Part shown: piece after piece, positions 18,871 to 27,221 of the stretch
Layout of the letters: every line of letters begins with the position of its first letter
Numbering within the stretch: position 1 is the first letter of the stretch
NCBI GenBank assembly: GCA_019239875.1
Contig: JAFAZI010000109.1
Span: forward strand, 2,372 to 66,371
Source: Frankiaceae bacterium
Lineage (GTDB): Bacteria; Actinomycetota; Actinomycetes; JAFAQI01
DNA length: 64,000 bases
Direction of reading: 5' to 3'
The notes under the pieces: model-generated
Told to the model about the DNA's origin: nothing
The model's database searches: none
The model's input: only the letters and a program-made list of their open reading frames with translations
Position numbers and translations under genes: made by a program

Positions 18871-20307
18871 TCAGCCGGTTCGGACGGTGACCTCTCCGGT
18901 CGTCTGGTCGTAGGTGGCAACGCCGTACTCGAAGGTGCACTGCTGGCCAGGACCGTCCGGCAACGTGACATCGGTGACGTCGGTGACCGGGAAGCCGAGC
19001 TCGCCGCCGGCCCGGCCCTGGTCGTTCCAGGTCGTGTAGATCGGGCCCCACACTCCGTGGGCCTGTGGCCGACCGGTGATGCGGGTGATCGCCCCGGCGG
19101 CGCAGAGCAGCTCTGTCCCGGCCACGCCCTTGGCGTCGACTGCTGGGTGCTGATCTGCAGTGGGCAGCCCGACCGGGCTGGTCTCAGCACCGAGCTGGTG
19201 ATACTTGGCAGCGATCTCGCCGAGCAGGAGGTACGGCGAGCGTCCTTTCGGCCGGTAGAGCGATCCGCCGGTGAACCTGGCGAAGTCTCCTTGGTCCTGG
19301 TGCAGCGGCCGGATCTCGGTGGTCGGGTAGCCGAGCGGGCCGGCCGTCCCGTCGAGGTCACGCCAGCGGTGCCAGATCGCTCCCCAGAGGGCGTGGGTCT
19401 CGCCACCGTGCTGGTGGTAGATGCCGCCGTGCTGGAACCTCGCGCGCTTGCCGTGCTTGTCGCGCGTGGTTTCGACGTCGGTCACCGGCAGCCCGAGCAC
19501 CGACGACGCCTGGTGCAGATGCAGGTAGTGGTGAAGCACCGAACCGTCGAGGTAGTGCGCGCCGGTGTGCCTCGACCAGTACATCCGCCCGTGCTCGTAG
19601 TGCTGCGTGTGACCGTGCTCGGTCACGTGCTCACGGCCGACGGTCGTCCCGAGGACAGAGGACTGGGAGCCGAGCTCGGTGTATCGCTTCTGGATGTGGG
19701 ACCAGCCCGGCAGGCAGGGCGCCGAGTGACTCACGGTGAAGTTGTCCGTTGCGGCGGTCGTGGTGCAGTTGGCCCACCGCCATGGCGGGGTGCAGGAGAT
19801 CGCCCGACATACGACCGGCCCGCCGCATTTCCGGTCGAGCTCGCACTGGCCGTAGCGGAACACGTTGTGGCACACCCGACGCTCATCGCAGGTGCCGTGG
19901 TGCGCGCAGTGCGGCTTGCAGTCCCAGCAGTGCTCAGGGCAGAAGTGCGAGCCGCCCGGGCAGCCGCAATGGCTGCACTCGGCCTGGCAGTCGACGTAGT
20001 AGCGCGCGCTACCGCCGCAGAGGTTGGCACCCTCGGCCTTCCACCAGCCGCCGGCGAAGGTGCCCGGCGGGCACTGGTTCACGCCGTGGTTGATGGTGCA
20101 GCACATCGCAGTCCAGCCGGAGCTGCACGTGTTCCCGCTGCCACAGACCGAGGCGTATGCCGTGCCGGGGTGCAGGATGTAGTCGAGGCCGTTTGCGGTC
20201 ACGGCCGACCCGACGACGGCAGCCCGAGCGAAGAACCCGCGACGGGACAGCCGCCGCGACAAGACGGTGGACGCCGCGGTGGCGAGCCGTTCGGTCGGCG
20301 AGGTCAC
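18871..20307 (-). CDS. Tat-signal protein: Cys-rich methylamine-dehydrogenase-light-chain-like domain plus about 5 LGFP repeats
   Basis: It has a twin-arginine motif (SRRLSRRGFFARAAVVG). It has 22 Cys in about 150 aa, including NQCPPGTFAGGWWKAEG and ARYYVDCQAEC. LGFP-type repeats follow (LGLPVTDVETT..ARFQHGGIY; LGYPTTEIRPL..ARFTGGSLY; LGFPVTDVTDV..CTFEYGVATY). The GTG start overlaps the upstream stop (GTGA). Confidence 0.85.
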   Translation of the reverse strand: MTSPTERLATAASTVLSRRLSRRGFFARAAVVGSAVTANGLDYILHPGTAYASVCGSGNTCSSGWTAMCCTINHGVNQCPPGTFAGGWWKAEGANLCGGSARYYVDCQAECSHCGCPGGSHFCPEHCWDCKPHCAHHGTCDERRVCHNVFRYGQCELDRKCGGPVVCRAISCTPPWRWANCTTTAATDNFTVSHSAPCLPGWSHIQKRYTELGSQSSVLGTTVGREHVTEHGHTQHYEHGRMYWSRHTGAHYLDGSVLHHYLHLHQASSVLGLPVTDVETTRDKHGKRARFQHGGIYHQHGGETHALWGAIWHRWRDLDGTAGPLGYPTTEIRPLHQDQGDFARFTGGSLYRPKGRSPYLLLGEIAAKYHQLGAETSPVGLPTADQHPAVDAKGVAGTELLCAAGAITRITGRPQAHGVWGPIYTTWNDQGRAGGELGFPVTDVTDVTLPDGPGQQCTFEYGVATYDQTTGEVTVRTG

Positions 20308-20747
20308 TGGATCGCCATCGATGCGACCAAGCGGCTGGCCTCCTCGACCAGCCGCCTGCGGCGGGCGTGACTGCCGAGCACGATGTACAGGCAGAACGCG
20401 CGGCCGGCCTCGTTGAAGAAGTACTGAACGCCGCTCTGGCCGCGCAGCGTCCGTTGCAGCGCGCGCGGCGAGAAGTCATCAGCATGAACCCGTGGCATGC
20501 CACGGTTGCTGAACAGCGCCGTCGCCGCCGCGCTCGGGTCGTGCTCGACGAGGGCGACCATCACGTTCGTCGGCCCCATGATCTCGACCGCGCCCGAGCC
20601 GTAGTCACCGCGCCGGGCCGGCAGCGGGAAGTTCGCGGCGTGGACGATCGGAAACGTGCGTTCGACCGTCGCGACGTCCGCGGTACGACGAAAGATCCGC
20701 ACGTCCCAGGCCGGGGGTGCGGTGACGCGCAGGCCGTGAGCCTTCAT
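20304..20747 (-). CDS. hypothetical cytoplasmic protein (147 aa) embedded in the MauE/MauD-like operon
   Basis: Trimmed from track ORF 20304..21044 to the ATG at 20747, which forms an ATGA overlap with the upstream redoxin stop. Its own stop overlaps the downstream GTG. It has no signal peptide, no TM segment and no motif I recognise. Confidence 0.6.
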   Translation of the reverse strand: MKAHGLRVTAPPAWDVRIFRRTADVATVERTFPIVHAANFPLPARRGDYGSGAVEIMGPTNVMVALVEHDPSAAATALFSNRGMPRVHADDFSPRALQRTLRGQSGVQYFFNEAGRAFCLYIVLGSHARRRRLVEEASRLVASMAIQ

Positions 20748-21478
20748 CGACCGTGGAGACCGCTGTCCGTCGTTTCGCCGCGGAGCGAGTCGGCCGAGGA
20801 CTCGGGGTAGAGGCTGGCGTGTCCCGGCCCGATGCCGGCGGCAGCGAGCTCGAGATCGATCCGCTCGGCGTTGTCGCGGCCCGGTGGCAGCAGGTCGATC
20901 GGCTGCGGCCCGGCGCCGGTGGCGTGCTCGAGGAGGTCGCGGACCTGCGCCCAGGTCGAAGCGGTTCCCTCGCCGATGACCAGACCACTCGGTCCGTCGA
21001 CGTGCACGAAGTGCGGCGAACCGGGGACCTCGTAGCTCTGCCACGCCTCGTCGGAGGCGATGACCAGCAGGTCCGGCCCGGCGAGCTTCTGCAGGCGTGG
21101 CACGCTGTCGCCGGCTTGCACGACCGCGATGACCCGGGCGCCGCCGGGTACGTCGACGCCGGCTGCCAGTGCCGCCCAGAACGGCTCACAGGTGTAACAG
21201 GTGGCCGAGAGGAAGGCGAGCAGGGTCCGGCCGGCCGATCCCGCGAGGGCGATCTCGACGGCTTCGCCGTCGAGCGTCGTACCAGCCAGCGGAAGAGCCG
21301 GGGCGTTGGCCGCGGCCGTGCCGGGGGCGGTCCGGACGACAGTGCGGGATGTCTCCTCGGGCCCGCCGTCGAGGTCGTGCAGCCGTCGCAGGATCTCGGC
21401 GTGGCTGCGCAGCAGCCCGACGACGAGCAGTCCGAGGAACAGCACTGCGACACCTTCGGCGATCGAGATGGCCACCAT
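20744..21478 (-). CDS. membrane-anchored thioredoxin-fold redoxin (MauD/TlpA-like), CxxC = CYTC
   Basis: N-terminal TM anchor (VAISIAEGVAVLFLGLLVVGLL) followed by a thioredoxin fold with LLAFLSATCYTCEPFW. Trimmed from the track start 21556 to the ATG at 21478. Confidence 0.75.
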   Translation of the reverse strand: MVAISIAEGVAVLFLGLLVVGLLRSHAEILRRLHDLDGGPEETSRTVVRTAPGTAAANAPALPLAGTTLDGEAVEIALAGSAGRTLLAFLSATCYTCEPFWAALAAGVDVPGGARVIAVVQAGDSVPRLQKLAGPDLLVIASDEAWQSYEVPGSPHFVHVDGPSGLVIGEGTASTWAQVRDLLEHATGAGPQPIDLLPPGRDNAERIDLELAAAGIGPGHASLYPESSADSLRGETTDSGLHGR

Positions 21479-21495
21479 CGCTGGGTCCTTTCCAG

Positions 21496-22014
21496 TCAGG
21501 TACGGCGGGTCGCGGCGAGGCGCGGACTGATCGTGAGAACCGCCCAGCCCAGCCACGCGACGACCGCCGCGAAGCCGAGTGCGGCGATCACCTGGATGGT
21601 GGTTCCCGGGCCGCCGCTGCGGACTCCCGTCGGGTCACCGGCCGCGGCGGCGGCGATCGCGGTCGCCGCGAACGTCGTCGTGAGGACGAGGTGGCCGATC
21701 GTGGGCGGAGTGTCGTCACGGCCGGTGCAGCCGCACGACGACGTCGGCGTACGGAGAGCGCGGAGGAGGAAGCCGGAGAAGCCGGCGTAGAGGACGGCAA
21801 CCGCCGCGTCGGTGACGCGGGTCCCGAAGGTGATGGCGGTGACGCCGACCATGAGCTCGGCGAGCCCGAGCAGCGTCACGGCGGCCACCCCCGCCCGAGT
21901 CAGTCCGATGCTTCGCAAGGCGAGGACGGTCGGGGCGGGACGGCGGAGCTTCTGACTTCCGCTGAGTGCGAGCAGGAGAGCGCTCGCGATGGTGACCGGC
22001 GCCCAAACGTGCAT
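21496..22014 (-). CDS. MauE/DoxX-family redox-associated membrane protein
   Basis: 172-aa ORF with four TM helices and the loop motif SSCGCTGRDD. Its length and topology are typical of actinobacterial MauE-like proteins. It is the first gene of the operon. Confidence 0.7.
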   Translation of the reverse strand: MHVWAPVTIASALLLALSGSQKLRRPAPTVLALRSIGLTRAGVAAVTLLGLAELMVGVTAITFGTRVTDAAVAVLYAGFSGFLLRALRTPTSSCGCTGRDDTPPTIGHLVLTTTFAATAIAAAAAGDPTGVRSGGPGTTIQVIAALGFAAVVAWLGWAVLTISPRLAATRRT

Positions 22015-22106
22015 TGCTGGCGCACGCTAGCGACTCGATTCCAGTGATCACAAGCGACACGGCACCGGCGGCGACAACTGGGCGTTGTCGTGATTTGGTG
22101 GTGACG

Positions 22107-22892
22107 ATGGCTTCCCTCACCGTTTCCGCCCTCGCGTTCGCCCTTGCGATCGTGGTCGCGGTCCGTTCGACGTGGTCGCCGTGCGGGATCTCGATGCTGT
22201 CGACGCTCACACCGTTGGGCGAACGCAGTCGAGGTCATGCCTACGGCGCGACGGTGGCATGGTTCGTCGCCGGCGCCGTGGCCGGCGGGGCGGTGCTCGG
22301 CGGGCTCCTCGCCGGACTCGCGGCTGTGGTTGATCTGTGCCACCTGTCGGCCACGACCGTTGCGGGTCTCGCGGTCGCCGCCGCCGCCGTGACGGTCACC
22401 TCGGACCTGGAGGTGGCCGGCTTCCACCTGCCGCGGATCCCGCGCCAGGTCGACGAGAACTGGACCGGGCGCTACCGGCGCTGGGTGTACGCGGCCGGAT
22501 TCGGTGCGCAAATCGGTGTCGGCGTGAGCACCTATGTGATGACCGCCGGCGTTTATCTCATGATGGTGCTGGCGGCGCTGACCGGCCGTCCGGTCGTCGC
22601 GCTCGCCGTCGGCACCTGTTTCGGCCTGGTCCGCGGCCTCGCCATTCTCTGCGGCGTACGGCTGCGGACACCGGAGGCGATCCGGGCGTTCCATCGTCGC
22701 TTCGAGACCGCCGGTCCGGTGTCGCTGCAGGTCGCGGTGATCGCCCAGTTCAACGTGCTCGCTGTCTCACTCGCCGCCGCGACCGACGCGCCGTACGGAC
22801 TCGTGATGGTGGTCGTGAATGGTCCGCTCCTCTGCCGGTACGCCCTGCGATGGGTTGCGCCGAGGATTCGAGCCCGTCGCCGGTCGGCGTAA
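22107..22892 (+). CDS. polytopic membrane protein, CcdA/DsbD-like thiol-disulfide transporter candidate
   Basis: Six or more TM helices. TM1 has a Cys in TWSPCGISMLSTL (compare the SPC motif of CcdA). A later helix has a second Cys (AVGTCFGLVRG). It is divergent from the mauE-like gene. The ATG at 22107 was chosen from track ORF 22014..22892. Confidence 0.55.
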   Translation: MASLTVSALAFALAIVVAVRSTWSPCGISMLSTLTPLGERSRGHAYGATVAWFVAGAVAGGAVLGGLLAGLAAVVDLCHLSATTVAGLAVAAAAVTVTSDLEVAGFHLPRIPRQVDENWTGRYRRWVYAAGFGAQIGVGVSTYVMTAGVYLMMVLAALTGRPVVALAVGTCFGLVRGLAILCGVRLRTPEAIRAFHRRFETAGPVSLQVAVIAQFNVLAVSLAAATDAPYGLVMVVVNGPLLCRYALRWVAPRIRARRRSA

Positions 22893-22951
22893 CGAATCGA
22901 GTTGGTCCTCGTTTGGTGACTGTGAGGCTGTCTTCAGGGCACGATGTGGCC

Positions 22952-23848
22952 ATGCGTAGGTCCGTGGTCATCGCCGGCGCGGTGCTGGTCGCCGCCGGGG
23001 GCGGTGTCATGGCGGGTACGGCGAGCGGCTCAGCCGGCTCGGGCTGCGCCATTATCACCATCTCCGGGCCGGCGATCGGCAGCGGCAAGCTACAGGTCTC
23101 GCCGGCCGCCAGCACGGTCAAGGCCGGGGACTGCGTGGGGTTCCGCAACGCAACGAACCCGGCTGAGCCGGTCGGGCTGACGATCACCAAGTCGGGCAAG
23201 GCGGTCTACAGCACGACCATCGCCAGGGGCCAGAGCGTGTCCGGTTCCAACGGCTTCGTGCCCCGCGACGCCGGGCAGTTCGCGCTGGCCGCGACCGCGA
23301 CCGAGCCGCTCGGGTTCGTCGTCCACGGCCAGGCCAGCATCACGGCGAAGCCCGCGCCGAGCTCGTCGCCGTCGGGGAGCAGCTCACCGACGCCACACTC
23401 CAGCCCGTCGTCGGGACACTCGACGAAGCCCACGAAGTCACACTCGAAGGGCAAGAACCACAAGGGGAAGAACAAGACCGCACCGAAGCCGCACGCCACC
23501 GGCATCAAGCTGCCGCCGCTTCCCCCGCTGCCGGCCAACATCCTGACCGCGCCGGCGCCGAAGGGGACCAACCCGGTGGTGGCGCCGGGGCCGACCACGG
23601 CGAGCCCGATCACCGAGTCCGCCTCTCCCGTGGCGGCGATCTACAACGGGCCGATCGAGGCCGCCGCCGACAACAGCCGGGGGCTGCCGATCGCGATCGG
23701 GGTGCTGGTCTTCCTCGGCGTCGCCAGTGGCTGGGGTCGTGCCCTGCTCGCCACGGCCGTGCCGGTGGACCGTCGTACCCGCGCGACTGGCGACAAGCGC
23801 CGCACGTCCGGTGTGGACAAGCGCCGCAAGGGCGATCACCGCGTCTAG
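22952..23848 (+). CDS. exported protein: small beta-sandwich-like domain, Ser/Pro/Lys-rich linker, C-terminal TM anchor
   Basis: The ATG at 22952 (MRRSVVIAGAVLVAAGGGVMAG) is in frame within the over-extended track ORF 22337..23848. The linker reads SSSPSGSSSPTPHSSPSSGHSTKPTKSHSKGKNHKGKNKT. The anchor reads LPIAIGVLVFLGVASGW. Confidence 0.65.
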   Translation: MRRSVVIAGAVLVAAGGGVMAGTASGSAGSGCAIITISGPAIGSGKLQVSPAASTVKAGDCVGFRNATNPAEPVGLTITKSGKAVYSTTIARGQSVSGSNGFVPRDAGQFALAATATEPLGFVVHGQASITAKPAPSSSPSGSSSPTPHSSPSSGHSTKPTKSHSKGKNHKGKNKTAPKPHATGIKLPPLPPLPANILTAPAPKGTNPVVAPGPTTASPITESASPVAAIYNGPIEAAADNSRGLPIAIGVLVFLGVASGWGRALLATAVPVDRRTRATGDKRRTSGVDKRRKGDHRV

Positions 23849-23990
23849 GCTCGCGCCCACCTTCCACTGCTAGCCTGGGCGGCGCTCGACGCAGAGCAGC
23901 CTCCTGTCACGACCGCCGTTCCGGCGTGCGTGGCCGCCTCGTCACCACCGTGGTGACGTGCACCGAGTCCAGAGGAGGTGGGTTGCACGC

Positions 23991-24281
23991 ATGCGTCACT
24001 ACGAACTGATGGTCATCCTCGATCCTGATCTCGAGGAGCGGACGGTTCAGCCGTCACTCGAGACGTTCCTCAACGTGATCCGCCAGGGTGGTGGAACCGT
24101 CGACAACATCGATGTCTGGGGCCGCCGCCGGCTCGCCTACGAGATCGACCACAAGGTCGAGGGCATCTACGCGATCCTCGACGTCACGGCCGAGCCGGCC
24201 AGCGTCAAGGAGCTCGACCGGCAGCTCAACCTCAACGAGTCAGTGCTGCGCACCAAGGTGCTGCGGCCTGAGGCGAAGTAG
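23991..24281 (+). CDS. rpsF: 30S ribosomal protein S6
   Basis: Sequence [30 protein letters not shown]...[10 protein letters not shown], with a Shine-Dalgarno aggagg upstream. Confidence 0.97.
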   Translation: MRHYELMVILDPDLEERTVQPSLETFLNVIRQGGGTVDNIDVWGRRRLAYEIDHKVEGIYAILDVTAEPASVKELDRQLNLNESVLRTKVLRPEAK

Positions 24282-24290
24282 GGCGGCGAC

Positions 24291-24788
24291 ATGGCACAAG
24301 GTGACGTTGTCATCACGGTGATCGGGAACTTGACCGACGATCCGGAGCTCCGGTTCACCCCGAGCGGCGCGGCTGTCGCGAACTTCACGGTCGCGTCGAC
24401 GCCTCGCATCCTCGACAAGGCGACGAACGAGTGGAAGGACGGCGACGCGCTGTTCCTGCGCTGCTCCGTGTGGCGGCAGGCCGCCGAGAACGTCGCGGAG
24501 TCGCTGCAGCGTGGCGGCCGCGTGATCGTGACCGGGCGGCTGCGGCAGCGGTCGTATGAGACGAAGGAAGGCGAGAAGCGCACCGTCGTCGAGCTTGAGG
24601 TCGACGAGATCGGTCCGTCGCTTCGATTCGCGACCGCGAAGGTCACGAAGGCCTCGCGCGGTGGCGGCGGCGGTGGTGGTTCGTCGTACGGCGGTGGGTC
24701 CGGCGGTGGCTCGGCGCCCGCGAACGACGACCCCTGGGCGACGCCCGCGCCGTCCGGCGGCGGCTTCTCCGACGAGCCGCCCTTCTAG
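24291..24788 (+). CDS. ssb: single-stranded DNA-binding protein
   Basis: OB fold ([31 protein letters not shown]), a Gly-rich tail and an acidic tip (DEPPF). Confidence 0.97.
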   Translation: MAQGDVVITVIGNLTDDPELRFTPSGAAVANFTVASTPRILDKATNEWKDGDALFLRCSVWRQAAENVAESLQRGGRVIVTGRLRQRSYETKEGEKRTVVELEVDEIGPSLRFATAKVTKASRGGGGGGGSSYGGGSGGGSAPANDDPWATPAPSGGGFSDEPPF

Positions 24789-24869
24789 GCCTCGGCCCAC
24801 AACTACCCGTCCTGACTTCCCCGACCATCCCCTCCGACTGCGAGGGTTTGCACTGACTGGAGCACCACG

Positions 24870-25106
24870 ATGGCCAAGCCTGTCGTCAGAAAGCTGAAGA
24901 AGAAGGTCTGTCAGTTCTGCAAGGACAAGACCGCCTACATCGACTACAAAGACACGAACCTGCTGCGCAAGTTCATCTCCGACCGCGGCAAGATTCGTGC
25001 CCGCCGAGTGACCGGCAACTGCTCGCAGCATCAGCGCGACATCGCGACCGCGGTGAAGAACAGCCGCGAGATGGCGCTGCTGCCGTACACGAGCACGGCG
25101 CGCTGA
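24870..25106 (+). CDS. rpsR: 30S ribosomal protein S18
   Basis: Sequence [60 protein letters not shown]. Confidence 0.97.
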   Translation: MAKPVVRKLKKKVCQFCKDKTAYIDYKDTNLLRKFISDRGKIRARRVTGNCSQHQRDIATAVKNSREMALLPYTSTAR

Positions 25107-25117
25107 GGAGGCTCGAG

Positions 25118-25567
25118 ATGAAACTCATCCTGACTCAGCAGGTGACCGGGCTCGGCGAGCCTGGCGACATCGTCGAGGTCAAGGACGGCTACGGCCGCAA
25201 CTTCCTCGTGCCCCGGGGCCTCGCGATCCGGTGGACTCGCGGAGGCGAGACGCAGGTCACGGCGCTGCGCCGCGGCCGCGCGACGCGCGAGATCGCCGAC
25301 GTCAGCGAGGCGAAGCAGATCGCCGGCCAGCTGGCGACGCTCCAGGTGACGTTGACCTCGCGCGCCGGCGACGGCGGCCGGCTGTTCGGTTCGGTCACGA
25401 CAGCCGACGTGGTCGAGGCGGTGGCAGCGGCCGGCGGGCCGAAGCTGGACCGCCGGCGCCTCGAGCTGCCGAGCGCGCACATCAAGACGGTTGGCACCCA
25501 TGCGGTGTCGGTACGGCTGCACCCCGAGGTCACCGCGTCGATGAACATCGAGGTCGTCCCGGCCTGA
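25118..25567 (+). CDS. rplI: 50S ribosomal protein L9
   Basis: Sequence MKLILTQQVTGLGEPGDIVEVKDGYGRNFLVPRGLA. Confidence 0.97.
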   Translation: MKLILTQQVTGLGEPGDIVEVKDGYGRNFLVPRGLAIRWTRGGETQVTALRRGRATREIADVSEAKQIAGQLATLQVTLTSRAGDGGRLFGSVTTADVVEAVAAAGGPKLDRRRLELPSAHIKTVGTHAVSVRLHPEVTASMNIEVVPA

Positions 25568-25693
25568 GGCTCGGTCGGGGTTCTGACACACAGACCGGTG
25601 GCTCGCGGTCCACGTCGAGCATCGGTCCGCGCCACGACACTGCGTTTGTGTGTTGCGTCCCCGGCCATCGACACGACCGCTACGGTGCGCCTC

Positions 25694-26821
25694 ATGCGCT
25701 CACATCTCCTATGGGTCGTCGCGGTACTTGCCTTGGTGACCGTGACCGTGGCCGCGCCAGCGACCGCGTCCGCACGCACCGGGCACCGGACGAGCACTCG
25801 ATCAGTTCCGCATCACGTCGTTCGGGTCGGCCGCCATGCCGTCGAGCGATTCGCTCCGCGAGGTGGTGGTAAGCACGAGTTCGACACCAACGTCCTCGAC
25901 GCTGGTGACGTGAAGCTGACGTCGTCGACCGGTCTGCCGTTGCACGTGAACGTGTTCGTCGACCAGTTCAGCGACGGGACAGCGGGGAACACCGGCACGA
26001 TTCTCGAGGTCGGCGTTTACGACCGTCACGGCGAGGATCACCTGTGGTCGGTCGACGTCGGGCGGCGGGCTTTCCTGTGGGATTCGCTTAGCCAGGCTGG
26101 CACCGTGCACTCGGGCGAACAGCTCGGACCGCTTGGCAAAGTCCGCCTCAGCGTCACCGCCGACGGGAAACCGCGGACGACGACCTGCCCGTCGGGCAGG
26201 CATTTCGTTCAGACGCCCGTCAAGGTGTGGGGGGAGGTGCAGGTCGACAGTCAGTCCGCGGCCTGGGGAGTCTTGGGAAACGGGATCGATCGGCTGTATT
26301 TCAAGGGTCATCCATCCCTCGAGCAGGATTACGGCCAGATTGGCGACGCGTGCCAGGGTTTCGCGTCGCGGCGCTGCGACGGGTCGGCGGAGGCCGTTAC
26401 GGGTGGCGCGGCCGGTTTCCTCGATGCTGAGGGCTTCGCTGCTGGCAACGGGACGCCAGTGGGTACTGGCGTCTTCTTCGACCACCCCGCACAGATGCCG
26501 GACGGGGTCGAAGGGTTCGCGGATGATTTCGCGACCCCGTTCCTCGACCCCCTCACCGTCAAGCGTCATGGCGCGACGAAGCGGGTGACCTTGACCGGCG
26601 ATGACACCGGGTTGATCACCGGATCCGCGACTTGGGCGAGCAAAGGGAAGCCCCACAAGGAGCCGGGGGTCTGTCGTGGCGGCGTCGCCAAACGGTGGAG
26701 TGCGGCGTACACCAACGGTGATGTGCCGCTGACGGTGACCTTCGGAGCAGGCGGGACCTATTCGTTCCCTGACTCCGGGCACGACGCTCAACTGATGCTT
26801 CGGCCTCTGGTCCATCGGTAG
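25694..26821 (+). CDS. hypothetical secreted protein
   Basis: Signal peptide (MRSHLLWVVAVLALVTVTVAAPATASA) at an internal ATG of track ORF 25598..26821. I recognised no domain. Confidence 0.6.
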   Translation: MRSHLLWVVAVLALVTVTVAAPATASARTGHRTSTRSVPHHVVRVGRHAVERFAPRGGGKHEFDTNVLDAGDVKLTSSTGLPLHVNVFVDQFSDGTAGNTGTILEVGVYDRHGEDHLWSVDVGRRAFLWDSLSQAGTVHSGEQLGPLGKVRLSVTADGKPRTTTCPSGRHFVQTPVKVWGEVQVDSQSAAWGVLGNGIDRLYFKGHPSLEQDYGQIGDACQGFASRRCDGSAEAVTGGAAGFLDAEGFAAGNGTPVGTGVFFDHPAQMPDGVEGFADDFATPFLDPLTVKRHGATKRVTLTGDDTGLITGSATWASKGKPHKEPGVCRGGVAKRWSAAYTNGDVPLTVTFGAGGTYSFPDSGHDAQLMLRPLVHR

Positions 26822-27221
26822 CTCATCCGACCAAAATTCGGGCAATCCGGGTCGAAATCCCCAGCCTGTGGGAGACCCTGTGGGCGACGGCTGGGGGGTC
26901 GGGCGTCGTTCTCCAGCCGTTCGCCTCCTCGTCGTCCGCCAGACTCCTCGACTTCTTCGCTCCGCACAGATGTGAAAATCCAACGTTGCAGGTCAGACTG
27001 CGTGTCGCCAACTGATCTAGAACTAGTTCCACAGCGCTTTCAACAGGTGTGCACAGCGACGCATCGAGTCATCCACCCCGTATCCACAGATGGGTGCACA
27101 GCCTGCGAATTCGATTGCCGGATAGTGGTTCCGCCCGTCCGCCAATCGCCATAGCGTCACGCGCGATGTTGTCATACCCGGCTGCTGGACTCGGTCCCAT
27201 GCGTCCCATCTGTCACACGCC

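Noticed and set aside
22952-23848. A cupredoxin (blue copper) call for the secreted protein, because of the VKAGDCVGFRN segment.
   Set aside because: There is no C-x(n)-H-x(n)-M ligand pattern near the C-terminus of the domain, so a copper site is unsupported. I kept it as a generic beta-rich exported protein.
27030-27110. DnaA-box-like 9-mers (gTTCCACAg, gTATCCACAg) and TGCACAG repeats upstream of dnaB, considered as a possible replication origin.
   Set aside because: There are only two imperfect boxes, no AT-rich unwinding element and no dnaA/dnaN context. Actinobacterial oriC lies between dnaA and dnaN. At most this is promoter-level regulation.
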